Positions 49,534-58,974 of a DNA stretch of 64,000 nt are shown piece by piece. Source of the DNA: Candidatus Dormiibacterota bacterium. GTDB lineage: Bacteria; Chloroflexota; Dormibacteria; Dormibacterales; Dormibacteraceae. The stretch lies in assembly GCA_036747295.1 (NCBI GenBank), contig DAIOCN010000016.1, positions 210-64,209 on the forward strand, written 5' to 3'. A model generated the notes under the pieces. That model had not been told where the DNA came from. It saw nothing but the letters and a program-made list of their open reading frames with translations, and did not search any database. A program made the translations under genes and the position numbers. The stretch's first letter is position 1, and each line of letters starts with the position of its first letter.

Positions 49534-50469
49534 TCAACTGGCCAGAAGCGAGAGCTGTACCGGCTCCGGGCGCTCCACGGGCTCCAGGAAGGCGTTGGAG
49601 CGGCGGCCCACACCGTGCTCGGCGGCCAGGCGGCCGACCTCCCTCACGATCGGCCGCGTCAGCGCCTCGGGCAGGTAGGCGCGAGCGAAGTAGTCCGACT
49701 CGTACCGCGGCAGCAGCTCCGGCCAGTGCTTGGCGAGGGTTTCCAGGAAGTGCTCCCGGGTGCCCTCCCTGAGGTACAGGACGTTGGCCCAGATATGGGC
49801 GGCCCCCGCGTCGCGGGCGGCCCTGACCACCGCTGCCATCTGCTCCGGGCGGTCGCTGAGTCCGGGCAGGATGGGCGCCATCCCGACCCCGGCGCGGATC
49901 CCCGCGCTGACCAGGCGCTCCAGAGCGCGGAGGCGCTGGCGAGGATGGGCGGTGCCTGGCTCGGTGCGCCGCCCGATCTCGTCGTCCAGGGTCGGGATGC
50001 TGAAGTTGACGCTGGTCTTGGCCCTCCTCGCGAGGTCGCTGAGGACGTCGATGTCGCGGACGATCAGCGGGCCGCGCGTGATGATGCCGATCGGGTTGGA
50101 GAAGTCGTGAAAGACTGCCAGGCAGGCCCGGGTCAGGCGGTACTGGCCCTCCGCCGGCTGGTAGGGGTCGGTAGCGGCGCCCACCGCCACCCCCTCCCGC
50201 CGCCAGCCGCGCCGCCCGAACTCGCGACGCAGGACGTCGGCCACGTTGGTCTTGACGCGAACGGAGCGACCATAGCGGTCATCGGAGGGTCGGTCCGCCC
50301 GCTTCTCGAAGGCCCGGACGTAGCAGAAGGCGCAGCGGTGCTCGCAGCCCATGTACGGGTTCAGGGACCACTTGAAGGGCATCCCGCGGACCGGGTTGAG
50401 CGCGCTCTTGCACGGCTCCTCCAGGTAGGCGACGTCGACGCGGCGAGGCTCCGGGTCCACCTCTGTCAC
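49534..50469 (-). CDS. Radical SAM protein, Rv2578c / SplB-like (COG1533-type)
   Basis: CxxxCxxC cluster motif in NPYMGCEHRCAFCYVRAF, with the overall conserved layout of this family. Confidence 0.8.
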   Translation of the reverse strand: MTEVDPEPRRVDVAYLEEPCKSALNPVRGMPFKWSLNPYMGCEHRCAFCYVRAFEKRADRPSDDRYGRSVRVKTNVADVLRREFGRRGWRREGVAVGAATDPYQPAEGQYRLTRACLAVFHDFSNPIGIITRGPLIVRDIDVLSDLARRAKTSVNFSIPTLDDEIGRRTEPGTAHPRQRLRALERLVSAGIRAGVGMAPILPGLSDRPEQMAAVVRAARDAGAAHIWANVLYLREGTREHFLETLAKHWPELLPRYESDYFARAYLPEALTRPIVREVGRLAAEHGVGRRSNAFLEPVERPEPVQLSLLAS

Positions 50470-50499
50470 TATAGAACAAATGTTCGCCCGCCGGCTGTT

Positions 50500-51312
50500 T
50501 CATTTGACCGTTGAAGAGGGGCAGTAGTCGTTGAGGACGCAGCTCTCGCAGCGCGGCCGGCGGGCGTCGCAGACCCGGCGCCCGTGCAGGATCAGCCGCA
50601 GCGAGAGCCCAGTCCACTCCCGAGAGGGGACCATCGAGCAGACATAAGTCTCGATCTTCTCCGGGTCGCGGGTGGCGACCAGGCGGAGGCGGTTGGTGAG
50701 CCGGGTCACATGCGTGTCCACCGGGAAACCCGAGATCCCGAAGCCGACCCCCAGAATGACGTTGGCGGTCTTGCGGCCGATGCCGGGCAGCGTAACCAGG
50801 TCCTCCATGCGGCTCGGGACCTCGCCGTTGAAGCGCTCGACCAGCGCCCTGGCGCAGCCGATGATGGCTTTGGTCTTGGCCCGGAAGAAGCCGGTCGGCT
50901 TGATGATCCGCTCGACGTCGGCTGGGTCGGCCGCAGCCAGGTCGTGGGGCGTCGGGTAGGCCTTGAACAGGGCCGGCGTGACCGAGTTCACCATCTTGTC
51001 CGTCGTCTGCGCGGACAGGATGGTCGCGATCACGAGCTGGAAAGGTCCTTCGTGATCGAGCTCCATGATCTCCGCATAGACCGCTTTTAGGCGGTCGACC
51101 GTCAGCAGCGCACGGGTCCGGGCGCCGCGCGGCGGGGGCGGCAGCTTCGCGCGCCGCCGGGCCAGGCTCAGGGGCTTGGTGGGGCGCTTAGCCAAGGAAG
51201 ATGGCGCCGTAAGGGCGGGCTGCGCCCGCCTGATTGGGTCCGTCTTCCAGACGCCGACCAGCATCTGTTGGGGGAAGGGGGCCCGTGGGGGAAACACGCT
51301 TGTCTCCCCCAC
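50500..51312 (-). CDS. nth: Endonuclease III (DNA-(apurinic or apyrimidinic site) lyase)
   Basis: HhH-GPD motif LVTLPGIGRKTANVILG and a C-terminal 4Fe-4S cluster CDARRPRCESCVLNDYCPS. The N-terminal extension makes the start uncertain. Confidence 0.9.
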   Translation of the reverse strand: MGETSVFPPRAPFPQQMLVGVWKTDPIRRAQPALTAPSSLAKRPTKPLSLARRRAKLPPPPRGARTRALLTVDRLKAVYAEIMELDHEGPFQLVIATILSAQTTDKMVNSVTPALFKAYPTPHDLAAADPADVERIIKPTGFFRAKTKAIIGCARALVERFNGEVPSRMEDLVTLPGIGRKTANVILGVGFGISGFPVDTHVTRLTNRLRLVATRDPEKIETYVCSMVPSREWTGLSLRLILHGRRVCDARRPRCESCVLNDYCPSSTVK

Positions 51313-51317
51313 GTTGC

Positions 51318-51767
51318 TTAGCCAAGGAGCTTCTTGGCGACTCCCGCGATCCGGCCGCCGTCCACCCGCCCGGCGAGCCGCGCGGTGGCCGCCTTCATGA
51401 CCGCGCCGAAATCGCGGGGCCCCTGCGGCTTGACCTCGGCGATCACGGCGCGGAGCTCCGCTTCCAGCTCGGCGTCGCCCATCTCCGCCGGAAGGTAGCG
51501 GCGCAGCAGGGCGCTCTCGGCCTCCTCCTTGTCGGCGGCCTCCGAACGGCCGGCGTCGCGGTAGGCCTTGACCGCCTCCTCGCGCCGCTTGACCTCCTTG
51601 CGAAGCACCCGGATGACGGCCTCGTCATCTGTGACTTCCCCCGCCCCCGGCTCCTTCCCGGCCTGCACGATCTCGCTCTTCAGCATGCCCAGCGTGGTCA
51701 GGGCGAGCTCGTCCCGCTGCTTCCGGGCGTCGAAGAGGTCGTGCTCGACCCGCTCGTAGAGGGACAT
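51318..51767 (-). CDS. GatB/YqeY domain-containing protein
   Basis: From ATG 51767: MSLYERVEHDLFDARKQRDELALTTLGMLKSEI...LLRRYLPAEM...DFGAVMKAATARLAGRVDGGRIAGVAKKLLG. Confidence 0.85.
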   Translation of the reverse strand: MSLYERVEHDLFDARKQRDELALTTLGMLKSEIVQAGKEPGAGEVTDDEAVIRVLRKEVKRREEAVKAYRDAGRSEAADKEEAESALLRRYLPAEMGDAELEAELRAVIAEVKPQGPRDFGAVMKAATARLAGRVDGGRIAGVAKKLLG

Positions 51768-51813
51768 GGCCCCGATTGTCACACATGGTCCGAAGCGGGG
51801 ATAATCGGCACCC

Positions 51814-52971
51814 GTGGCGCTCCTGATCGGACCTGTCGTCGCACTCATCGGGGTTCTCGCCGCGTATTTCGTGCTCAGGACCCGGGCCCGGTCGCGGGCC
51901 TCGCTCTATTCGTCGCGCCGCACCGAGCTGCAGCGCGTGGCCGCCGCGCGGAGGGCGCACGCCCTCGATCCGCACGCCCCGAAAGGGAAGGGAAAGCCCG
52001 CAGCCGCTCCGGCGGCCTACCCGCCGCTGGCACCCGCCCCGGCTCCCGCTCCCGCTTCCGCCCCCGAGCCTCGGGCCGGCGACGCCTGGGACTCCTCGCC
52101 CACCCGACCCGCCGAGACGGTGCTGCCGCCCGCCGCGGCTGCGGCCGCCCCGCCCCAGCAGTTCGAGTCGTCGGCCCCGGTCGAGCCGCCCCCGGCTCCG
52201 GAACCGCCCGCTCCGGAACCGGTCTTCGTGGAACCGCCCGCTCCCGAATCAGTCTCCGTGGAGCCGCCCGCTCCCGAACCGGTCTTCGTCGAGCCGCCGC
52301 CACCGCCGCCACCGGCTCCGGAACCTATGGCCGCGGAACCGCCGGCCCCCGAGCCGATCCCGGAACCGCAGCCTCCCGCGGCCGCCGAACCGGTCGCCGC
52401 TCCCCCGCCGGCGCCCCCTCCTCCCCCGCCGATGGAGAGCGACTGGTCTGTCAGCATGGCGCCCAGCCCGCCGCCGCCGCCGCCCGCCCCGGCGCCGGCC
52501 CCGGAACCTGCCCCCGTGGCCCAATACCTCCCCCCCGGGGAGACGCTGGCCCCTCCTGAAGGCGCCTGGGAGTCGGCTTCGCCGGCACCGTCCGAGGCTG
52601 CCGTGGACGCCACCCCGGTGGTCCCGGAGGCCGCGGCCGCCGCCTCGCCGAGCTGGGAGGTGGCGCCGGACTCGTCGCACGACGCCAAGACGTCGCTCCA
52701 GGCTCAGCCGATCCCGGACGCCACCGACGCCGCGGCGACGCCTGCCGCCTGGAGCATCATCGGCGAGGGCGGCGCCGAGATCGCGCCCGGCGACCAACCC
52801 AGCTTCAGGGCCTCCAAGCGGGGCCGCAAGGAGAAGAGCTGGGACTCGGGGATCTACGGAGAGGAGCCCAAGGAGCCCGTCGCCCAGACCGTCCTCGGCT
52901 ACATAGGCCTGGTCGCCGCCCTGGTCGTGGTCCTGCTGGGCGTGATCCTGATGATCAGCGCGACGCGTTAG
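51814..52971 (+). CDS. Proline-rich bitopic membrane protein (TM helices at both termini)
   Basis: N-terminal TM LLIGPVVALIGVLAAYFVL and C-terminal TM VLGYIGLVAALVVVLLGVILMI, with about 300 aa of P/A/E-rich low complexity between them. Confidence 0.6.
   Translation: MALLIGPVVALIGVLAAYFVLRTRARSRASLYSSRRTELQRVAAARRAHALDPHAPKGKGKPAAAPAAYPPLAPAPAPAPASAPEPRAGDAWDSSPTRPAETVLPPAAAAAAPPQQFESSAPVEPPPAPEPPAPEPVFVEPPAPESVSVEPPAPEPVFVEPPPPPPPAPEPMAAEPPAPEPIPEPQPPAAAEPVAAPPPAPPPPPPMESDWSVSMAPSPPPPPPAPAPAPEPAPVAQYLPPGETLAPPEGAWESASPAPSEAAVDATPVVPEAAAAASPSWEVAPDSSHDAKTSLQAQPIPDATDAAATPAAWSIIGEGGAEIAPGDQPSFRASKRGRKEKSWDSGIYGEEPKEPVAQTVLGYIGLVAALVVVLLGVILMISATR
52201..52300 (+). repeat. 30-bp coding tandem repeat (about 3.3 copies) encoding EPPAPEPVFV
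   Basis: Units at 52201-52230, 52231-52260 and 52261-52290, plus a partial copy. Confidence 0.8.
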
Positions 52972-54475
52972 GCGCCGGCAGACGCCCCGCGAAGACCCTC
53001 GCCAGGGCCTCGCCTGACCAGGGCTTGCCCCCCTCCTCGGCCACGGTCTCCTCGGCCTCCGGGAGCGAGCCTTTCCGCCACTGCCGGCGCAGCCAGTCGC
53101 CCGCCTGGGGGCTCGCCCACCACCGCGGGCCGAAGCGCTCCCGAAGTCGCTCCTCCAGGGCGGCCTCGGCCAGCCAGGCGCGAAGGTAGTCGGCCGAGTA
53201 GTAGCCGCCGTCCCGGTCGAATTGCCACATCCGGGGGTCGTAGCGGAAGCCGGTGCGGGCGCCCAGTACCTCGGCGAACAGCCGCCGGCCCCGCGCGGGG
53301 TCCAGGGCATCGCCTGCGTACAGCTCGAGCTCATAGGCCAGCTTGCCCACGTAGCGGGTGAACATCATGAGGTCGACGCCGGTCAGGTCGGCTGCGATCC
53401 GGTCCGCCTCGGCGTCGCTCACGCCGGTGGCGCCGGCGATCCACTCCGGGTAGTGGCCGATCCGCTCGAAGAGGTAGGACCAGAGCTCCGCGTAGGCCAT
53501 CGAGCGGCCGAGATTGGTGAGCGGCCAGCCGAGGTCGGGATCGCTGAGGCCGTAGTGCAGGGCGTGGCCGGCCTCGTGCAGGAACGCGGCGTAGTCGTGG
53601 TTGCCGCCCCGCGGCCGGGTCAGCAGGTGGACCTCGCGGCCGGCGTCCGGTACCCAGACGGAGGCCCGCGGGTTCTTGGCGGGACGATCTTCGATGTCGA
53701 TCGTGATCGTCGGCGCCGAGAACAGCTCCAGGCCCAGGTCCTCGAACGTTCGCCGCATAGCCGGCTCGAAGCTCTCCTGGCGGAAGGCGAGGTCGTGCTC
53801 GGCGAGTCCGCGGAAGTAGCTGGTGTGGTGGCTCGGGCAGTCGCCCCAGCTCCGGCCGGCCGCCTGCATGCGCGGCTCGACCCAGGCCCGGTAGCGGTCC
53901 TGGGCGGCGTCGGCCACGCGCTGCAGCTCCCGGGCCAGGGACTTGTAGTCGACCTCTTTGAGGGTGGCCCAGAACCTGGTGTAGGAGTCGTGACCCAGCT
54001 CTCGCAGGACCAGCAGGGTGATCCGGTTCACCTCCAGCGCCAGGTCGTCGGCGCCGGCCATCACCTCGGACGTGAGGTCGCCGAGCAGCTCGCGGCGGGC
54101 GCGGTCCGGGTCGCGGGCGATCAGGGACTGGGCGCTGAAGAACGGGATCCGCTTGCCCTCCAGCACGACGGTGGCCGTGGCGTAGAAGGTGGTCAGCTCG
54201 TCCTGCTGGGCCGCAGTGCGGCGCTCGATGATGCCCTGGATGATCGCCGCCCGGACGCGCTTGCGAGCCTCGGCCTCCTGGCCGGTGGCGCTCTTGAGGG
54301 CGGCGCTGGCGGCACCGAGCGCGGCGTCCGAATAGAGCCACGAGTAGCGGTCAAGGATCGCGGCCGTGTCCTGCTCCTGCTTCAGCCCGGCCCGCACCGT
54401 CCGGCCCTCTGTCTGCAGCTCATGGTTGGAGTCTCGGAGGCCCTTGACGATGTCGTCGTACGTCATCACGGCCAT
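52955..54475 (-). CDS. M3-family oligoendopeptidase (PepF-like)
   Basis: Zinc motif AFLHEAGHALH with the downstream glutamate context AELWSYLFE. Length 506 aa. Confidence 0.75.
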   Translation of the reverse strand: MAVMTYDDIVKGLRDSNHELQTEGRTVRAGLKQEQDTAAILDRYSWLYSDAALGAASAALKSATGQEAEARKRVRAAIIQGIIERRTAAQQDELTTFYATATVVLEGKRIPFFSAQSLIARDPDRARRELLGDLTSEVMAGADDLALEVNRITLLVLRELGHDSYTRFWATLKEVDYKSLARELQRVADAAQDRYRAWVEPRMQAAGRSWGDCPSHHTSYFRGLAEHDLAFRQESFEPAMRRTFEDLGLELFSAPTITIDIEDRPAKNPRASVWVPDAGREVHLLTRPRGGNHDYAAFLHEAGHALHYGLSDPDLGWPLTNLGRSMAYAELWSYLFERIGHYPEWIAGATGVSDAEADRIAADLTGVDLMMFTRYVGKLAYELELYAGDALDPARGRRLFAEVLGARTGFRYDPRMWQFDRDGGYYSADYLRAWLAEAALEERLRERFGPRWWASPQAGDWLRRQWRKGSLPEAEETVAEEGGKPWSGEALARVFAGRLPAPNASR

Positions 54476-54489
54476 GATATCGACCGACC

Positions 54490-55710
54490 ATGCGGCTCCC
54501 GGTGCGGCTCTCGGACCTGCTGATCCTCTTCACGGCGGTTGACGTGCTGGTGCTCTACCTGGCGCTGTCGGCCGCGGGCCGTGGCGTCCTGGTGCTTCCC
54601 GTCCTGGTCGTGGCGGTGGTCCTCACGCGCGCCTACACCGCAGCTGCCTCCGACCGGCTCCGGCTCCTCGCGCTCCTGGCCCTGGTCGCAGTCCTCTTCA
54701 TGCTGCCGCAGGCGCTGCTCATCCTCTCCCGGCCGCCCCACGCGCCCATCCAGGACGGCCTGCTGATCACCGAGGCGGCCGCGCGCCGGCTGCTCGCCGG
54801 GCTCGATCCCTATGGCCATGGCTACCTCGACAGCGCTCCGTTGCGCGCCTTCTACGCGCCCGAGTTCCCGATCAACCCGCTGCTCGGTCACTACGTCTAC
54901 CCGCCCGGGGCCATCCTCCTGGCGACGCCCTTCCAGGCGCTCGGGGTGGACCTGGCCTGGCTCTGGGTGCCGGTGATCCTCGCGCTCGCCCTGGCCGCCC
55001 ACGCGGCGGCGGGCCGGGCCGGTGTCGTGGCGGTGGCGCTCAACCCCCTGCTGCTGTTCGACTACCTGTACCTCTTCAATGACCTCCTGTTCCTGGCGGC
55101 CACGCTGGCCGGCGTCGGGCTGCTGGCGAGGCGCCGGTTCATCGCCGGCGGAACGGCGCTGGGCGTCGCGCTGCTCCTGAAACAGCAGGCGATCCTGTTC
55201 ATTCCGTTCGCGGCGCTGCTGGCCGGTCGGCGGGGCTGGCTGCCGGCGCTGGCCGCAGGCGCGGCGACGGTCCTGCTGGTGTCGCTGCCCTTCCTGCTCT
55301 GGTCGCCGGGCGCCTTCCTGGGCGATACGGCGGCCTATTTCTACGGGTCGGGACTGGCCAGCTTCCCCATCCGCGGGCTCGGCCTGCCCGGGATGCTGGT
55401 GAGCCTCGGCGTGATCCCCAGCCGCTGGGCCGCCTACCCGGCCGGCATCCTCCAGGTCCTGGTGGCGCTGCCGCTGCTCGGGCTGGCGCTGGTGAGGCTG
55501 CACCGGCACTTCACCTGGCCGGCGTTCTGGGCCTGGCTGGGCGCGTTCTCGGTCGCGGTCTTCCTCCTCGGGCGGACGCTGGCGCCCAACTACGTGACGC
55601 TGATCGGGCTGCTGCTCACGCTGGCGATCGCCTCAGGGCTGGAAGACCCGGTGCCAGGCGCGGCCGTCGCCGGACGCCTCGACCATCCCGCCGGCGAGCC
55701 CGGCGTATAG
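54490..55710 (+). CDS. Polytopic membrane protein, DUF2029 / GT-C glycosyltransferase-like
   Basis: About 11 TM segments. The first loop GLDPYGHGY...FYAPEFPINPLLGHYVYPPGAILLATPF is typical of DUF2029. It is a paralog of 35938..37143. Confidence 0.55.
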   Translation: MRLPVRLSDLLILFTAVDVLVLYLALSAAGRGVLVLPVLVVAVVLTRAYTAAASDRLRLLALLALVAVLFMLPQALLILSRPPHAPIQDGLLITEAAARRLLAGLDPYGHGYLDSAPLRAFYAPEFPINPLLGHYVYPPGAILLATPFQALGVDLAWLWVPVILALALAAHAAAGRAGVVAVALNPLLLFDYLYLFNDLLFLAATLAGVGLLARRRFIAGGTALGVALLLKQQAILFIPFAALLAGRRGWLPALAAGAATVLLVSLPFLLWSPGAFLGDTAAYFYGSGLASFPIRGLGLPGMLVSLGVIPSRWAAYPAGILQVLVALPLLGLALVRLHRHFTWPAFWAWLGAFSVAVFLLGRTLAPNYVTLIGLLLTLAIASGLEDPVPGAAVAGRLDHPAGEPGV

Positions 55711-56502
55711 CACGCCGTCGCTGTCCGCGAAGGCGACCACCTCCCGGCCCGCGAGCGACTGCCGGCCACCCAGGTACAGCCCGCTGACCGTGGCCGCCGC
55801 CTGCTGGCCGGGCTCGTAGGCCCAGACCCCGGCGGGCAGGCGCCCGCTCTCCCGCCAGTCGCCGGCGCGGGCCTCGAACAGCCGGCCGTCCCAGGTGGCG
55901 GCGAACGCGGCGGCGCCCTGCCAGCCCACGCTCGTCACCCTCGCCGGTCCGGGCTGGCGGAGCCAGGTCAGCCCGGAATCCGCGGAGGTGAGGATCCCGG
56001 TCAGCGAACCGGCGGTCGCCCCCCCCTGGCTGCCGAACGCGATCGACTCGATCTCCGTCGCCTCCGCCGGCAGCTGGGAGCGCTGCCAGGTCGACCCCGC
56101 ATCGTTGCTCACCCACATCACCCCGGCCCAGGCCGCGGCCGCCAGGTGAGGGCCTAGGGCCGCCACCGCCAGGAAACGCCGGCCGGTCGGCGCGGCGCGC
56201 TTCCAGCTGCGCCCCGAATCGGGGGACACGAAGACACCGTCGTCCGCCCCCAGGACCAGCGTGTCTCCGGCCGCCAGGGCCAGGGGGCTCGCGGTCGGGA
56301 GCGCGAAGCGGCCGGCGACGCGCCCGGCCTGGTCGAGCAGCAGCAGGTGGCCGTGGCCGTCGGCGAGGTAGAGCCCACCGGCGGGCGCGGCGGCCATTGC
56401 CAGCCGGTAGCCGGCCCCGGAAGGGGCCGCGGCCAGCCGAAGGCCGAGCGCGGCGAAGGTCACCAGGGCGAGCCCCAGGACGGCCAGGAGGCGCGGCAGC
56501 AT
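55633..56502 (-). CDS. Secreted or anchored BNR/Asp-box repeat protein
   Basis: N-terminal hydrophobic segment MLPRLLAVLGLALVTFAALGL. Asp-boxes SPDSGRSW, SNDAGSTW, SADSGLTW and SGDGRAW. Confidence 0.65.
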   Translation of the reverse strand: MLPRLLAVLGLALVTFAALGLRLAAAPSGAGYRLAMAAAPAGGLYLADGHGHLLLLDQAGRVAGRFALPTASPLALAAGDTLVLGADDGVFVSPDSGRSWKRAAPTGRRFLAVAALGPHLAAAAWAGVMWVSNDAGSTWQRSQLPAEATEIESIAFGSQGGATAGSLTGILTSADSGLTWLRQPGPARVTSVGWQGAAAFAATWDGRLFEARAGDWRESGRLPAGVWAYEPGQQAAATVSGLYLGGRQSLAGREVVAFADSDGVLYAGLAGGMVEASGDGRAWHRVFQP

Positions 56503-56570
56503 CGGCCTATGTTGGCCCCTGGGCGCCCTTGCGTACGCGTAGGGCTGGTACCTTACGATCACGTTCGAGC

Positions 56571-58394
56571 GTGCTTCTTGAGATCCGCCTGCTCGGCCCC
56601 CCGCAAATCACGGTCGACGGCAGGCCGCAGGCGGCACCGAGAGGCCGCAAGGTCTGGGGACTCCTTGCCTATCTGGTCCTAACCGACCGGCAGCCGGCTC
56701 GGTCCTGGCTGGCCGGCCTTCTCTTCGCTGACGCCGACGACCCGCTCGGCGCGCTGCGGTGGTCGCTAGCCGAGCTGCGCAGGTTGCTCGGCCCGGGAGT
56801 CACGCTCGGCGGGGACCCGGTCGTATTGGGGATCCACCCCACGGCGGTCGTCGACGTGCTGAGCGCGACCAGTCGGGAGCCGGCGAAAACTGACGACCTC
56901 GACCCTGGCCGCGAGCTGCTTGAGGGGATGGATTTCGGGGCTTCACCCGGGTTTGAGGCCTGGCTGACGGCTGAACGCCGCCAGCTCACCGCGGCCTCCA
57001 TCGCGAAGGCCCGGCAGAGGGTGCTATCAGAGCTCGTGGCCGGCGATCCGGGAGCGGCGGCGCGCCTCGCCGCCCGCCTGGTCGAGGTGGACCCGCTCGA
57101 CGAGGGTGCCCAGGCACTATTGGTTCGCTGCCTGGTGACCGCCGGCGACCGCGCCGCCGCGACCCGGCAGTTCGCTGCGGCGCGCGAACTCCTGCGGCGC
57201 GAGCTTGGAGTCGATCCCGGGCCCGAGCTCGCGGCGGCCAATTCCGCCGCCGGTGACCCGGCGGCCGGTCGCCTGGGGTCTCGGCCCGGCCGCCTGGCGG
57301 TCGGACGCGCCCAGCTCGAGGCAGGGCAGGCAGCGATCGGCGCCGGCGCGCTCGACACCGGGATCGCCTGCCTCCGGGAGTCCGCCGCGGCCGCCTCGGA
57401 CGCCGGCGATCGGCCCCTTGAGGGAAGGGCGCTGGCCGAGTTGGGGTCAGCGCTTGTTCACTCGGTCCGCGGCAGGGACGGTGAGGGCGCGGCGGTCCTG
57501 CACGCGGCTCTGAGCATTGCCGAGGAGGCCGGCGATGACGGCCTCACCGCCCGTGCGGCCGGCGAGCTGGGATGGGTGGAGCTGCTCGGAGGCCGCTATC
57601 CGACCTCAATCGCCTGGTTCGAACGCGCGTCGGCGCTGCTACTGGACGATCCTGGCGCGAGGTCATGGGCGGACGCGAACCGCGGAGTGGCGCTCTGCGA
57701 TAGCGGGCGCCACGCCGCCGGGCTGGCGCTACTCGAGACCGCCGCCGGACTGGCCGAGGAGTCCGGCCACCAGAAGAACCTGACCTGGTCGCTCGCCTTC
57801 ATTGGGCGCTCCCGGTTGCTCCGGGGCGAGCTCGATCTCGCCCGCCTCGCGCTTGAGGCCTCACACCGCCTTGCCAGGGAGTTTTGGCCCTACTTCATCC
57901 CTTGGCCGGAAAGCCTGCTCGGCGACCTGGCACTGGCCGACACGAGCCCGGACCGGGCCCTGCCGCTCTACGAGGACGCTTTCGCTCACGCCTGTCACCT
58001 GGCCGATCCGTGTTGGGAGGGAATTAGCCTGCGCGGGCTGGGCCTTCACTCGGCCAGTACGGGCCGGGTGGACGAGGGGGTGAAGCAGCTCCTCGAAGCC
58101 TGCTTCCGGGCGGTGCGTTTCGATGACACCTATCAGTGGGCCGTCGCCTACTGCCGCGACGGGCTGGTCCAGGGCGGCGTGGCGGCGCGTTCGAGCAAAG
58201 CCACGGGCTGGGCCGCTGACCTCGAGACCATGGCCGGCCGTCTGGGCATGCACGAGTTCGCGGCGCGGGCGCATCTCTACCTTTCCGATCTCGGTAGCGT
58301 CAGAGCTCTGGAGGCTGCTCAGGCCCTTGCCGCCGAGGTTGAGAACCCTTCGCTCGACTCTCTCATCGCCTCACACGCTTCGTCACACGCCTGA
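56571..58394 (+). CDS. SARP-family transcriptional regulator (OmpR-type winged helix plus BTAD plus TPR-like C-terminus)
   Basis: From GTG 56571: VLLEIRLLGPPQITVDGRP...KVWGLLAYLVL...ALRWSLAELRRLLG. BTAD region: DEGAQALLVRCLVTAGDRAAATRQFAAARELLRRELGVDPGPEL. Confidence 0.8.
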   Translation: MLLEIRLLGPPQITVDGRPQAAPRGRKVWGLLAYLVLTDRQPARSWLAGLLFADADDPLGALRWSLAELRRLLGPGVTLGGDPVVLGIHPTAVVDVLSATSREPAKTDDLDPGRELLEGMDFGASPGFEAWLTAERRQLTAASIAKARQRVLSELVAGDPGAAARLAARLVEVDPLDEGAQALLVRCLVTAGDRAAATRQFAAARELLRRELGVDPGPELAAANSAAGDPAAGRLGSRPGRLAVGRAQLEAGQAAIGAGALDTGIACLRESAAAASDAGDRPLEGRALAELGSALVHSVRGRDGEGAAVLHAALSIAEEAGDDGLTARAAGELGWVELLGGRYPTSIAWFERASALLLDDPGARSWADANRGVALCDSGRHAAGLALLETAAGLAEESGHQKNLTWSLAFIGRSRLLRGELDLARLALEASHRLAREFWPYFIPWPESLLGDLALADTSPDRALPLYEDAFAHACHLADPCWEGISLRGLGLHSASTGRVDEGVKQLLEACFRAVRFDDTYQWAVAYCRDGLVQGGVAARSSKATGWAADLETMAGRLGMHEFAARAHLYLSDLGSVRALEAAQALAAEVENPSLDSLIASHASSHA

Positions 58395-58467
58395 CCCCAA
58401 GACTCGCAAACAAACCGGTGGCGAGTGGCCGCCGATGCAGTTGCTGAGACCAAGGAGGCGTGGAGTA

Positions 58468-58974
58468 ATGAGTGAGCAAGGCGAGGAGATCGCGCGGGAC
58501 TGCATGTCGGCGGTCCGGGCGGCTATCGAGTTCTGCGAGAGCTGCCCGGAGGAGGGCTGGACCGCCATCACCTCGGAAGAGGGCTGGCCGGTGGCAGCCG
58601 TCGTTCGGCACATCGCCGAGGGAGGCCGGGTGCTTGTCGGCTTCGCCCAAGAGATGGCGGCGGGCCGCGACGTGACCACGACCATGGCCGAGATCGACGC
58701 TTGGAACGCTGCGCAGCTCGATGACTGGTCGAAGACAACGCGCGCCGAAGCGATCGAGCTGCTGAGCGAGGTTCGCGACCTCGCCGCGCGCACTGTCCGC
58801 GGCTACTCCCACGAGCAATTGTCGGGGGAGCACATGTTCGCCATCTACGGCCAGCCCCGGACCACCGCACGGATGGCAGAGGGCTTCGCGCTTCACGCAC
58901 TCGAACATCTGGACAGCGCGCGAGCCGCAACCGGCCCGCTGCACGCCGTTCGCCCAGGGCAATTAAGCCGATAG
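58468..58974 (+). CDS. DinB-family (DinB_2 / mycothiol-dependent isomerase N-terminal-like) protein
   Basis: An AAGGAGG RBS precedes ATG 58468. Four-helix-bundle pattern with WPVAAVVRHIAEG and FALHALEHLDS. Confidence 0.6.
   Translation: MSEQGEEIARDCMSAVRAAIEFCESCPEEGWTAITSEEGWPVAAVVRHIAEGGRVLVGFAQEMAAGRDVTTTMAEIDAWNAAQLDDWSKTTRAEAIELLSEVRDLAARTVRGYSHEQLSGEHMFAIYGQPRTTARMAEGFALHALEHLDSARAATGPLHAVRPGQLSR

Noticed and set aside
52017-52688. Gly-rich 223-aa minus ORF and the 361-aa minus ORF 52249..53334
   Set aside because: They are complements of the proline-rich coding repeats (CCN read as GGN) and partly off-frame over the M3 peptidase. They have no start context or motifs.
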